Assembly (NCBI GenBank): GCA_012295275.1
Contig: CM022670.1
Span: forward strand, 27,590,001-27,654,000
Source of the DNA: Chrysomallon squamiferum
Lineage: Eukaryota > Animalia > Mollusca
DNA: 64,000 nt
Direction: 5' to 3'
The notes below the pieces were generated by a model, which saw nothing but the letters and a program-made list of their open reading frames with translations, was not told the DNA's origin and did not search any database. Positions 44,301 through 58,300 of this stretch are shown one piece after another; position 1 is the stretch's first letter; each line of letters starts with the position of its first letter. A program made the position numbers and the translations under genes.

Positions 44301-45503
44301 TGCAAAATTGTACATTTCATTGGCTGGTCCTATGGATATATTTTATTTTGTGCATTTTTAAATGTAGCATTTAATAATAGTATGAATGATGAATTTCACT
44401 GATTCAGTGTTTAAAAGAAAAAGAAAAATATAAAATACCAGTTTTGGTTTTTTTTTTTTTTTTGCATGCCTCTATGTATGTGTGTAGTAGGCCACTCTAG
44501 TTAAAGAAAATGTTCTTTGAATTTATTTATTGAAATAAATATGCATCTCATTTGTACACTACACAAACATAAATAGCTATGTATGTTTCTTTAAATTTTA
44601 TATAATTATTTCTCACCTCCATTTTATCACTGTACAGAAATAAATAAAATTTACCAGTTTTCATTTAGTTATGTTCTTTATTTTTTTATTTTTTTTTTGC
44701 AAGCAGTTCATATATTTAAGTATTGTAACAATCATATTGCTTTGAAGACATACATACATACATACACACGTACGTACATACATACACACGTACGTACATA
44801 CATGTAGTTGATTTTTAAAAACATAGGAAATGTGAGTATTCACACAGCTTAATGAGTTATTCTAACTCACAACTGACAGGATTCTTATTAAAATAAATAT
44901 GTTAATTATTTTAAAAATAAAAAACGAAAACTATATGCCACTGATTTTGAAAATAATTATTATTTAAAAAAAAGAAAGAAGAAGAAAAAACAAAAAAAGA
45001 AAGAAAAACCTGTTTAAAAGCAATCCAGTGAACAGATTTTATTAATTAAGGACAGAAATAATAGTATTGTATTATTTAGGAAATACTGTAAAACAATATT
45101 TCACTGATATCTCTGATACTGAATACTAAAAAAAATATATAAACTAATCGCACCAGCAAAACTTTTCTGTTATTTTTTAATTTTTAAAATTTTTTAAAAT
45201 AAATTTGTATTTCTTTTACACCGAAAAAGAAAATATCATTGTCGTTCGTATATTTTCGTGGAATTATTTCTGACATATTATTTATTACGGTTTCTACATC
45301 CAATGGGGTCCAGATTAAGGGAGACAACTCTCAATTTTTGTTGCAAAATAAACATGGCGAAAATGCAAAAAAAAGTGTGTGAAGCTTACGATGGGTCTTT
45401 CCAAAAAAAGTATTCATTATCAGTTGTATAGATACACAACAAGTATAAAAATGATACCTTAATACATATATTAAATGGTAACCGCTTATACGCGGATGCC
45501 AGC

Positions 45504-46433
45504 ATGTTAAATTTACCATTTAAATTTTATATCGGAGAAGATCAAAGATTTTTGCTTGAAGTAGTATTAATTTCAGTGCTGGCGGGTATATTTTTGACGT
45601 TATTTCTGCAGTACCTGTTTTTTAAATTACGATTTGGAGTTCTGCCGGTATTATCACCGCCTACCAAAGAACAATTCCCCAAGATAAAACTTCCAAAAGT
45701 AAGTATGGTAAACATGATAGATTGTTATATGATTTAATTTGTTTGGTTTTTGCTTTAGAGTAAAGTGACAGATTGTGCCTGTGCGTACATACTTCTGTTA
45801 ACAATAGTCGAATAGAACATTTTAGAATATGGTGAAATGACGTATAAAAAATAAATATAATAAAATGTAAAAAGAGTAGGTCGTTTATAGACAAAACCTT
45901 TTAGAATATGGTGAAATAACTATAAAAAATAAATATTATAAAATATAAAAAGAGTAGATCGTTTATAGCTAGTTAGAATATTAGAGAAGGATTTATGATA
46001 GAAAATTATTTGACAGATTGATGTCAGAAATTAGAAACGTTTTTGAATGTGATATTTAAATACATTATATTATTCTTTTTTTTTTTTTTTTTTTTTAACC
46101 ATCAGTTCAGTTTATCTGTAAAGTCTTCTGTAACAAGATATTACAGACTTTACTTTTTACATCTTTTATTGTTTTTAACCGCTTGGGAGATTAGTTTGAA
46201 GCAATCTTCATCTTGCCAATGATCCTCATTTTGACTGTTTAGATTGGAATACAATGGCTGTCAGTCTATACTATATTTTAGATTTTAGAATTGAACTTGG
46301 TTGTCAGAATATGAGACACTAGATATATTAAAAACATTGAAAGTTAATAACTTAAAAAATCCCTAAGCATCTCTTTATTGCTTACACTAGTTGTATTATG
46401 AGAACGTAAAGTTTGTAGGACACAGAAAATTTC

Positions 46434-46468
<35 letters not shown>

Positions 46469-49400
46469 ATGTAGTGTTCCAATAGCTTGATGGTTATATC
46501 AGTTAAATGTATTGTTTAAATCTTTGGATGGCCCGATTACTCATATGGAACTGTATTATTATTATTTTTTTCATATTTTGTCCTTCAGTTTTAATATGTT
46601 TTCTCTCAGGTTTTGATAGAAGAAGCTACTAAGTCCAGCTTGAACATCACTGAAAATTGTCTTTGGTTTAATCTTTTAACTCAGTTCTTGTTCAGAGAAC
46701 TTCGAGACACTCAGAGAATCCGAAGGTGGGTCCAGTTAACTTGTTTATTTAAATTTCATAAATTTTCTTTGTCCTGTCTCTGCTTCTGATTTTCTGGTGA
46801 TATCCAGTTTAATCCTACACATTAATATTGAAATTGTTTCTGAAAATGTTTGTCTAATATTTTATCTAAATAATAAAGAAAATTGTAAGCAGTTTTTATT
46901 TTATTATGAATTAAACTGTTTATTTATTATACTTTATAATTCCATTGCTAATAGTGCTATTTAAAAAAATAATAATAATAAATAAATAAAACCTAAAATT
47001 TGAAACTATGTTCTATACATAATAAATACATAGATTTCTTTTCATTAGAATGATTGACCTTAAACTAATTTGTTTGTTAAAAATTTAATTGTAACATTTT
47101 ATTTCATTTATTTATTTTAGTTATTTTAAAATATTTATAAAATAAATATACTGATGTTTATAAAATTTAATATTCATCCTTTCCAAAGCTTAGAGGTAAC
47201 AATTAAGTAGTCACTGAGGATTTTGAAAAATCATTATAACTCATTTTTGTTGCATCATGCATATAATTATTAAATTGTTTTTCTTTTCCTTTAATTTGAT
47301 GATAAAGAAGTATTCACAGTTGTATAATTTAATATAAAAGTACTGCATACTGGTGATTTTGAACATCTGTTCAGTACATTATTGACATCAAGTTTAAATC
47401 TATGAGATAACAAGACGTGTTGCTTTGAGTGCATGTATAATGTATCAACCAGCTGTTGTTAATACATCCTGTTTTGTACATACTCTCAGCATGGCAATAA
47501 ATCAGATACTAGGAGAAATAGAATTAAATAGACTCATTCACTGGCTAATACAAATACAAATATATTAATATTACAATGTTTCATTGCTGTGATGTTTATT
47601 TAATGATCTGTATCTAGTTCTGCTTGTTAAACAGCTTTATGAAATATAAATTGTAAATTATAAAGCAACATGTTGTAACAACCAATGAAAGAAATCTTTA
47701 TAGTTAAATAATAATATTATGGTAAATAATTTTAATTCTGTTATTATTTTTGTATGAACATTATGGTAATATTTATAATTGTTAATGAAAATGTTGTTGT
47801 TGTTGTTAAATAATAATTATGACTTATAAACAGACAGAAATAACATTAAAAAAAACTCTATTGCCTTATATGTTTAAATCATATATGTATTAAATATTTA
47901 CTTCAATTTAAGAAAGACTGGAACAGAATATCATTATATTTATGGATCTGTGTTTGTGTGTGTGTGTATTTTTATATATTTATTTATTTATTTATTAGCA
48001 CACAAATATGTGATGATGGTTTTATTAGAATTAAATAGTTTGTTGAACATGATAAAAAAATTTCTTTTGTTAAAGGTGTGCCAAAGCCTAATTCCATTCT
48101 TGAATGGGGCATTCATAATCTGATCACTCTGATACTCAGTTTATCAGGAGAATTGCACACATATTCATTTTAATAAATTAAAACAAATGTTTGTAAAGTT
48201 TTATGATCATTGTTGACAAAAACATGTTTTTTCTATATCAGTCTAACAGTATATTTCTTAAATAATTATCCTCAGATTTTTTTAATCACTATTTGTTATA
48301 TGATTGTTATTTAAGATTATCAGTGGATGTTTGATATTTTGACAGTTAAAATATATATGGTGTTTGAAATATTTTATTAATATTTTATCTGACCATATAA
48401 ATTGTTAAGAACTGTGTTATGTTTTAATATTCCTTACAATATTCTTGACCAGTACTGTTAAATGTGAGAATAATTTTATATATATATATACATATATAAT
48501 AAATGCAATGCAAGTATCAGAAAGCTACATTCTGTTAGTTTTTTTCAGATGGGTGATGAAAAAGATGAACAAGGAGTTCCAGGAACTGTTGTCCACATTG
48601 TCAGGAAAGATAATGGACCAGATTATAGTAAGTATTGTGTTAATTTCACACACACACACATTTTTGACATTTTTTTCTGAAGAGACATAAAAAAACCCAA
48701 TAATAACTAAACACTGCGGTTATTTCCGTACCCAGATATTAATTAGATTAAACAATCAATGTAAACCCTGTTCATTATTGTCTCACTTCCATGTGATTAT
48801 TGATATTCCTTTGTACTAATAGGAGTCTAATACATATTACTTGAAAAATATAAAATATTAATCTGAAATTGCCCTATCATTTTCATAACTTAATAAAACT
48901 GTATATTTATTATTATAAAAAATAAATAACTCAATCACTGAATAAAAGAAAATCAATCAATAAATAAATAAGAAAGTAAGTAACTAACTAAATTAATTAA
49001 TAAATAGTGTTAGATCTACGTGAATAAAACATTCTTTTTGTTTATCCTCTCTTTATTTCTTCTTTAATGGATCTTCTGTATTCTATAAAATGAACAACTC
49101 TTTGACTGCAGGTAAGACATTTCAACCTAGGTAACAATTTCCCAGTTTTCAAGTCTGTCAGCATCAAAAATGTTATCATTCATGAAGATGTCATTGAGGT
49201 AAGGATGCATTTTTGATAATAAAATATATCTAGTAATATGTAGTTAAAATGGTTTTGTTTTAGTTACAAAATGCAGAAAATTGCTCTGTATTTGTGATCA
49301 GCAGTATTGCATTTAAATGGTTTATTTTGGAAATTTGTATAATTTCACTGAGAGTATTTTATATTATAAAAATGGTAATAATAAAGAGATAAATGAAAAT

Positions 49401-49731
49401 TATAAATTTTATTTTAATCATAATTTATTTTATTTTCTAAAGGAATTGGATGTCTGCCACATATTTTTTATTTTATAATATATATATATTATTTTGGGGA
49501 TATTTCTTTTTCTCAAGGAATTGGACCTTTGTTTGGATGTTAACTACACAGGTGGGTTTCAGCTGGCTGTGGACGTTTTCCTTCTCTTCAACAAGTCAGC
49601 TTATCTCTCGGTAACAATGAACAAGCTGATGGGCAAGGCCAGGATGCAATTCTCTCGGATGCCATTTACTCATTGGTCATTTTCCTTTTATGAGGTAAAA
49701 CATAGTCGCATAGTCAAAACCATGTGAATAC

Positions 49732-49766
<35 letters not shown>

Positions 49767-52700
49767 ACAAACATGTCTCTGTTTTTGTGTTTCTGTGTGT
49801 TTGTGTAAGTTCAGTGATGATAAACATAATAAGCATGATAAATCCTCATAGTCTGTTTTAATATATTTCCCATTCCAATTAGTCCTAGGTAATTTGTTTA
49901 TAAAATGCTGGTATCCTATCTTGTAAAAAGCCATATTTTTAACCATTTATAGTGAAATAATTGACTTTTATGCCTAGTGTTATAGACCAGTACTGTACCA
50001 GTAAACAATAACTGATATCATTTGTTTGTGTGTGTGTGTGTGTGCTTTGTTTCACAACTGAAAGTTTGGTACATTTTTAATGTTATCTGTATAATAAAGA
50101 CAAAATAGTTTTGCTGTGATATATGTTTTTAAATTTATTTTAGGATCCAGAAATTGATTTTGCTGTTGAGTCACATTTTGATGGTAGACCTGTTCCTCAA
50201 ATTGCAACACTAATTATCAGTCAGGTATTAACTTAATTAATTTATTTATTTGTTTATGATTTCTTTTCATTTCAGTTCCATTCAGTTCATTTTATTTTTC
50301 AAATTATTACTTTTGTAAAATATATTATTCCAGGGATAGGTAAATATCCTATTAGAAACAGTTACTTACATAACTGAAACATTATGTAACATTCAATATA
50401 TATTTTTAATTTCAAACAGAGACCTGTCAAGAAAAACTTCAATATTTTCAACATTCAAAAAGAAAAATATTTGAAAAGTGTTCATTATTAAATGATTATT
50501 TTTTTTTCTTACAGATACGTCGCAGCATTCGTAAAAAACACACTCTTCCAAATTTCAAGATGAGATTCCAGCCATTTTTCAGCAAGCCAGAACCGTACGT
50601 TCCTCAGAGAGAGCTGAAGGTCGCAGGTCAGAGTATCAGTGTTGGCCAGCTGCGAGTGACTGTTGTGGAGTGTTCTCGACTTCCCAGGACTCCCAAGGAA
50701 GCACTGCTGTATTGTAATGTTTCTATAGGTGAATTACTGATTTGTTATGTTAAAATCATTCTGTTATTTAGTAATTTATATACCATCAGATCTAATAAAA
50801 AGCTTTTCCTGCTGTACTGTAATGTTACTATGGGTGAATTATTGTTTTATTGTGTTAGAATTATTCTGTATGATTTTTGTTTTGTATTTCATTACTTTTA
50901 ACAGCAAAAGCAAAGTTGTTGTTTTGTATTAGTGTTTTATTATGTTAAAATGATTGTATATTATTTAATAATGCATATTTCATTACATTTAAAACATACA
51001 AAACAACTGCTGTTTTATGAAGTTTTTGTAGGTTTATTAAGATTTCATCCTCTAAAAACAATTATTTAATAACTGAGATATATCTTTAAACAAAAAATAA
51101 TAGACAAAATGTTTTTTTTTTTTTAATTGTTTTTTTTTTCTTTCTTTAGAATATAGTAGGAAATTAAAATTATAGACATTAGAAAATGCATATGTAAGAT
51201 TTCTTGGTTGTATTCACTAAGATAGGACTTCCTTTCTTGTACATTCAACAAAATTATAAACTTGATTACTAATGTTATCAGCATCAAAAAGTGTTAAGTG
51301 TTTTATATTAAAAAAAACAGAAACTTCATTAACATTATTTGTGTTTAATGTTTAATTATTTTATTTTATTTTTTTATTTATTTATTGTTTTTATTATTAT
51401 TTAATATTTCATTTTATTATTCTTTCTTTCTTTATTTATTCTATTTTATGTTTTGTTTTGTTTATTATAATTGTTATTATTATTAAAAAAAATTTGGTGG
51501 TTATCAGATACCTTGCCTTGGAATGAACTGATAGGGATTCAGCAGAGAATTTGGAAAACACTTGAGATCGAAGTGACCAAAGAGCAGGGACAGAATGTGG
51601 GATTAACTTTTAAAGAGGTTGGTATATCATGTTTTGTTTGTCACAGTTTTTGTGAAAATAAACAAGTTCACTGCCATGAATAATGGTGATGTTAATAAGA
51701 AGAACATAACAGATTCACCACAAATTAATAACAAATTCTGGTATTTAACTATATGGCATAAATAAATAAAATAATTGATTGTAATACTTATAAATTCCCT
51801 TGGTTAAGATATATATTGCCTGTAGTGTACGTAGATTGATAAATTGATGAATACAGATATTTTATTGTTTTTATTTTTATATATTTATTTATTTTATTTT
51901 ATTTATTTTATTTTTTCTTGTACTGCTCTACACTTCATTTTATATAAATATATGTCTTTTATACTTTAATCCTGTTATTCTGAATTAATTTATATACAAT
52001 AATTACATTATCTACTCACTGAAATATCTTTTGTGATGGCCTGTCATTAAACAATTCATCCACCACTCACAATAAATTTAATACTGACATATACAATTAC
52101 GAGCTGCAAAATAATGCAAAACGTTTTAGAACTGTCTACCTGTCTGAAATTATCAACAAAATGTTCCCTTTGATATGGGATTAACAGATATATTATTATT
52201 ATTATTTTTGTTTTTTCAATGTTATTTGAACAAAAATAAATGACAAAACATTTGATTAAACATTTTACTGTGGTGTTGACAGGTTTTTTATGGTGATATA
52301 TGAGATATATTTTAACACCTTTCATTCTGTGGCTCCCTTACTTCATTGACACTATAATATAAAATAATAATAATCACAAAACATAAATATAGAGAAGTAA
52401 GTCATTATTTGAGCATGCAGTACTTTTAATTCTTTAAATATTGTTATATTAACCCTAGACACCAGTTCAGGAATTTTGGAAGTCATATATAAAATTTCTG
52501 CCTTTCTTTGACATTCTCCACTGAATTAATTAGTACAGTTATAAGATCTGATGCAACAATCATACAGCTATCAATCCAAAAATTGGCCCATGAAGTTTCT
52601 TGCAGTGCAGGGTTAAATGTTGAATTATTTTAAAATGTTTTTACAGGAGCACCTGTTGGACAGGCTGGAAGTGGTTGTACTTGTGGACAGTGTCACACCA

Positions 52701-55344
52701 GGCACACCAGCAGTGGTAGCAGACATTAGAAAGGTTTTGTTTTATTCCTGTTTAATTTCTAAAATACTTTTAATTGGCCACATACAGAAATGGCATTTAA
52801 ATGAGATTTACTTTTTATACTGAATTTTTAAAAAGATCACCTGATTAACTAAATTGTGAGAGTAAAACATAAATCTTAAGTAAAATATTCATACATATGC
52901 ATAATTATATGTATTATGTTTATTAATAATAGTTAACTAGTTTATGGAAAGAAATTAATCTTTAAAGTAAGTGAATTGAGTTTTTTGTTTTCTATTTCAA
53001 ACTTGCAGATTAAAAAAAAAGAAAAGCAGAATGGTATTTTGACTAATAAAATATATCTAACAGTATGTATATTACCTTAAAAAATATGTTACACCTAATG
53101 ATAACAGTTTAAACATTACATTAACTGTATTAATACTTTCATGAGTTTAAATAATTTGTCTTTGTTTTAACCTTGGTCTTTTTTCTCTTTTTTTTTCTTT
53201 CTCTTTTTTTTCTTTTTTTTTTTTTTCTTTCTTTTGTTTCCCCTCAGAATGACATCTTGTTAGCAGTTGGTACCACAAAGGTATCTTCTTCAAAGCATGC
53301 TGCCAAACTCATCAGGAATGCAGGAGAAAAGTAATAAAAAATTTATAAATTTTTAGACACAATGATTTTCAGGTTTCAGACTTGAGATTGTTCTAAAAAC
53401 AAAAATTTTATTCTTTTGAGAATTATTTTCTTTAAAAAAAACAACTGAAAAAGAACAACAACCTCCCCATAAATAAAGGAATAATTTAAAAAAAAAAAAA
53501 AAAAATCAAAATCATTTGAACATTTGTTAAGCAGAATAAATATCTTTCTTTTCAAACTTTCAGAAATTGATTTAGTTCTTTTCTGTATTATTAATTTAAA
53601 CCTTAATGTGTTAAATATATAAAATTATAAAATTATTTTCTGTGTCACTGTTTGAACTCCTTTTTTCGTTAAATATTAATATGACTCTAAATGAATATGA
53701 ATATAATTAGATATTTTTAAAGTGGATTCATCTAGTAACATTAGTACATTTGTCTTTTTTACATCTTATATACTAGTATTTTTTAAGAAAATGTTTCACT
53801 AAAGATAATAACATTAAATGATTTTAAAAAAATAATAATTAAAACAAAATTTAAATTTATTTTATTTTTCTCAGTGTTGACCCATGAATGAAAAGACAAC
53901 TTCCAAATATGATGTCAGATCTTAAATACATTTGGAAGAGAGCATTTAAACAAACAGAACATGTTTTAATTGATACAAATTCATGGATTTCATTAATGAA
54001 AGAATAATAAGAATATTGTTATGATTTAGAGTTTCTCGCACAATATTTTAAATTGTATTGCAGTATCTTGGTGCTTGGTGAGTTTTTGTAATGTAACACT
54101 GTTTTTTGCAGGTTCACATTACGAATTGACAGGGCAGATTCAAAACATTACAAGTATTATGAAGATACCATCAGTTCAAAGGTTTACTCTAATTTTGTTT
54201 CTTCTTCAGTTTTTACTTCATTTGCTCCATCATACTCTTTTGAACTGCTTCTGTTTTTTCATTTTAACAAAGACTGTGCTGTTTGATAATTGTATATTTG
54301 TCTTACTTATAAATGGAATATCTTATTTCACAGCTCTCAGATAAATCGTTTAAAAGTTTTATTTTGTCACTGGGAAATTTCAGGTGTTTTTTTCATAATT
54401 AAGATTTGTCATTTTTATTTTATAGTGAAATAATCTCTCTCTTTTATTTCATTATTATGAAATATATTTTTTCATAGCAGTCAAATGTTCATCTGGTTTC
54501 ATAGCTCTGTAAATTATGCCGTGTTTCATGGTACTGAAATATCTGTTTTGTTCCATAGCTCTGACATGTTTCTTGTTTCATAACCAGGAAATGTCTCTAG
54601 TTTTATGACTGTGAAGTGTCATTGCTGTAAAATGTCTGTTCAGTTTGGTAATGTTACTAAAGTTATACAGACCAGTCTCTTTTCATTCCTTGTCATATTA
54701 TATTCAACAGGATTCTGTCATGATGTCTGAAATGGGAGATGAAACTCAGTCTGAATATGCTGATGATGAATTTGTAAACATCAGTATTAAAGGTGGTGAT
54801 CAAATGTCTCTCAGGTCAGCAACTGCATCAGAAACTAAATCAGTGAAGCTTCCAGACAGCTACATGAGGATGCCCCGCGCTGCAGCAGATGACTCTGATG
54901 GTGAATCATCGAATCATATATCTCTGAGAAAGAAAGGACGATCAGAAAGTGTCCCTTGTTTGACCATACCTGTAAGTGTGTGTGTCACCTATTTAGTTAT
55001 GTATGCAGTGCAGATGAGTGTCTGTTTACATGTGTTTGTATATGAGTGAGTGTGTTTATGTGTCAAATATTATTGAGTATGTTTATGTGTATAATATGAG
55101 TATGTGTGCTTATGAGTATAATATGAGTGAGTGTGTTTATGTGTATAATATAAGTGAATGCTTAAGTGTATAACATGAGTGAGTGTGTATGTGTATAATA
55201 TGAGTGAGTGTGCTTATGTGAATAATATTGTTGAGTGTGACTATTAGTGTAATATGTGTAAGTGTGTATTTATGTGTATAAGTATGTATACTGGGAGCAA
55301 TTGTGAGAAATGAATGTTGGTGTATGAGTGATTCATTGTGTGTG

Positions 55345-55390
<46 letters not shown>

Positions 55391-58300
55391 TTAGACATTT
55401 TGTGAAATTACATTTGTGGTAAATAATCATGCTGTGGCTGTTTACTTCGTAGGAAGAAATTCAGATTGAATCAGAATATGTCAGTGATAGTGATGAAGAT
55501 CTTTTTAACAATGTACAGAGGATACCAGAAGTTCAAGCCAGCCAGGTGAGATGATAAACACAGACTCGATTGTCTTGTCAATGTAGCCTGTTCTTGATTT
55601 AGGATATTAGCCTGGGATTCAGTTCTCTTAAGAGTTTACCATTCAACTGGTTAATTATAGAGAGGTGCCTATAATAAAAATAATTCTGGCAGTTAAGCTA
55701 TAACATTAATAGTGGTAGGTTACTGCCCACATACCATTATCGAACAAGAACCATACGACCAATATGTAACAGCTATCATTGTTAAATTGTGTTTACGTGA
55801 TGCTAAAGTTTTTATCATTTATTTAATTTGTTATTCTGTGGTCTTGATATTCAGGGTATCCATAAGGCCATGATACAGGTTATTTGAAGTATATTAATAA
55901 TTTAACAATCATGACATGGAATTAAGTATGCAAAAAATACATCCATCGTGCCTAGGGTTTATGGATACTGTTGCTATTGTGTCCAGAATCTCTTGTTATA
56001 ACATCTCCACTGAGTTGAACATGTTGTATTCAGAGACCATGCTGGAACAAACAGGTTGTGTTTGATGTAACTGAACAGTACAGATACCTCAACGTCTGCG
56101 TCCGGTGTAAAGTCCCAGAGAAAGTGGACAAGAGTGACCGAGTTGTTAAACACCAGAGAGATCTTCTTCTTGGACATGTGAGTTTCCTTAGTTTTGTTCT
56201 CATCTGATTTCTTATTTTCTTCAGTTTTATGTATTTTATTTTACTGATTTCTTGTTTTCTTCAGTTTTATATATTTTATTTTACTGATTTCTTGTGTTCT
56301 TCTATTTTATGTATTCTATTTTACTGATTTCTTGTTTTCTTCTATTTTATGTATTCTATTTTACTGATTTCTTGTTTTCATCTATTTTATGTATTTTACT
56401 CTCTCCTGATTTCTTGTTTTCTTCAGTTTTGTTCTGTCCCCTGTAATTAAAAAAATGTATGCAAAAATATACTTTAAAAAAATTGATTCAGTATTAGAAT
56501 AATGTCAGTATCTCTTTCAACTTTTAAAATATGTAATAATATTTACTTTCACTGTTGCCACAGAATGACAATAACACTATAGTAGGAATTTTAAATTTTA
56601 ATATGTTGCAATATCTAATACTATTTTTCGCATACATGTTTATAGGCACTCTTTGGTTAATGGAGACTGATTTGATTTTATCCGAGATTTTAAACAGATA
56701 AAAGCACAAATACCAATTTCTTCTTGCTTTGTTCAATATTTCACACTGTTTTGCTTGAATCTAAAAAGAAACTTATTCCTTTACCCTGCTGAGTTGTAGA
56801 TCATTGATTATTGCATTTGTATGATATATTACTGGAATGGCAATTTCAGCCATTAAAATCTTATAACAGCTGAATGAAATAGGACTGGAATATGAGTATA
56901 AATGTTTAACATGTTTATAGTAGCTTGTAATATTTTCCAGGCTTCGTTGCCACTGAATGACATAGAACTACAATAGCAACTTCAGTTGTTAACATGATAC
57001 AATACTAGAAGACAATAAAATTACTTAGCATCATTGTTGCAAGTGAATGAAATAGCGCTATGACACCAGTATGTAAATGTTTAACATGTTGATAGTGTCT
57101 TGTGATATGTTCCAGGCTTCGCTGCCACTCAGTGACATAGCCTTGCAGTGTTTGCTAACGAGACAGGGAGATAGCAGACAGACAATGCCACTGCAGCAAG
57201 GAGAAATCAAAATTTCTGCCTCGTAAGTGGAAGTAAACAGACTTTTTTTGTTGTTTAGTTTATTTAAATTATTTGCATTATATCTTAAAGCACTGTGATT
57301 ATGCAGAAGTTTAAATTAGTTAATGTGACATGTTCTGGAAAAAGTGTTGTGTGCATTCAGTGACTTGGAGTGTAGCTGTGAGGAGGTGAATGACTATGTA
57401 TGTGTGAGTAAGTGAGGACGAATGTTCATGTGGTTGTTGGGAGTGAATGTGAAAAGGTAAATGAAAACCTGTGAAATGTGACGTGGCTGAATTGTACATT
57501 TTACACACATATCTTAGATGTGTCTTGAAATGATTATCACCTTGTAATAATAACAGTATTATTAATTAATATTTTCTAAATTTATGCTTTCTATTCAGCT
57601 GTTTTATTACTACAGTTATTATTATTTCTGTATTTATTTTTTTATTATTATTATGTTTTCATTTATTTTAAAAAATTACTGACATGACAAATAAACATGT
57701 AATTTGGTATATTCAGAATCACTTCAGAAAAATTTCTCATTTAATTTTTAGTTTTTATTATGTATAACCTTCACTCTGTTATTTCTTTCTCACATTATAT
57801 GATTCTATTTTATTTATTTTCCTCCCATTACAGACATGTAAAGTCGCGTCGTCCTGCCCAGATGCAACAGTTGTATTATGGGGACATAACTCTGGCCTAC
57901 CATTTTCAGCCAGTGAATATGTCAGAAAAAGAAAGGTTGAAACTGACAAGGGATGTAATTCACAACACGATTTATGAAACAAGCAGCAGGGACAGCAGTC
58001 CAGATAACAGATTTTCAGAGAAGGCTCAAATGTAATGATTTTGGCTTTAGACATCTGTCAAGAATATAATTATTTAAAACTTTACTTATTTCAATCTCAA
58101 CCATAATTTAACTAGAATGTAATTTAAAAAGTATATTTGCTGACATTAAAATATAATTTAGAAATGTAGTTTACTTATTTACATCAGAATATAATTTAAA
58201 ACAGAGTCTTTACTTATTTACATTGGAATGTAATTTATAAGAAAAACACTTATAACAGAACATAATTTAGAACTGAATATACTTATTAATTTAAAACTGT

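Noticed and set aside
55987-56033. Upstream acceptor gtccag for PDZD8 exon 14
   Set aside because: It gives a stop at the fifth codon (AAT CTC TTG TTA TAA); 56034 keeps the frame.
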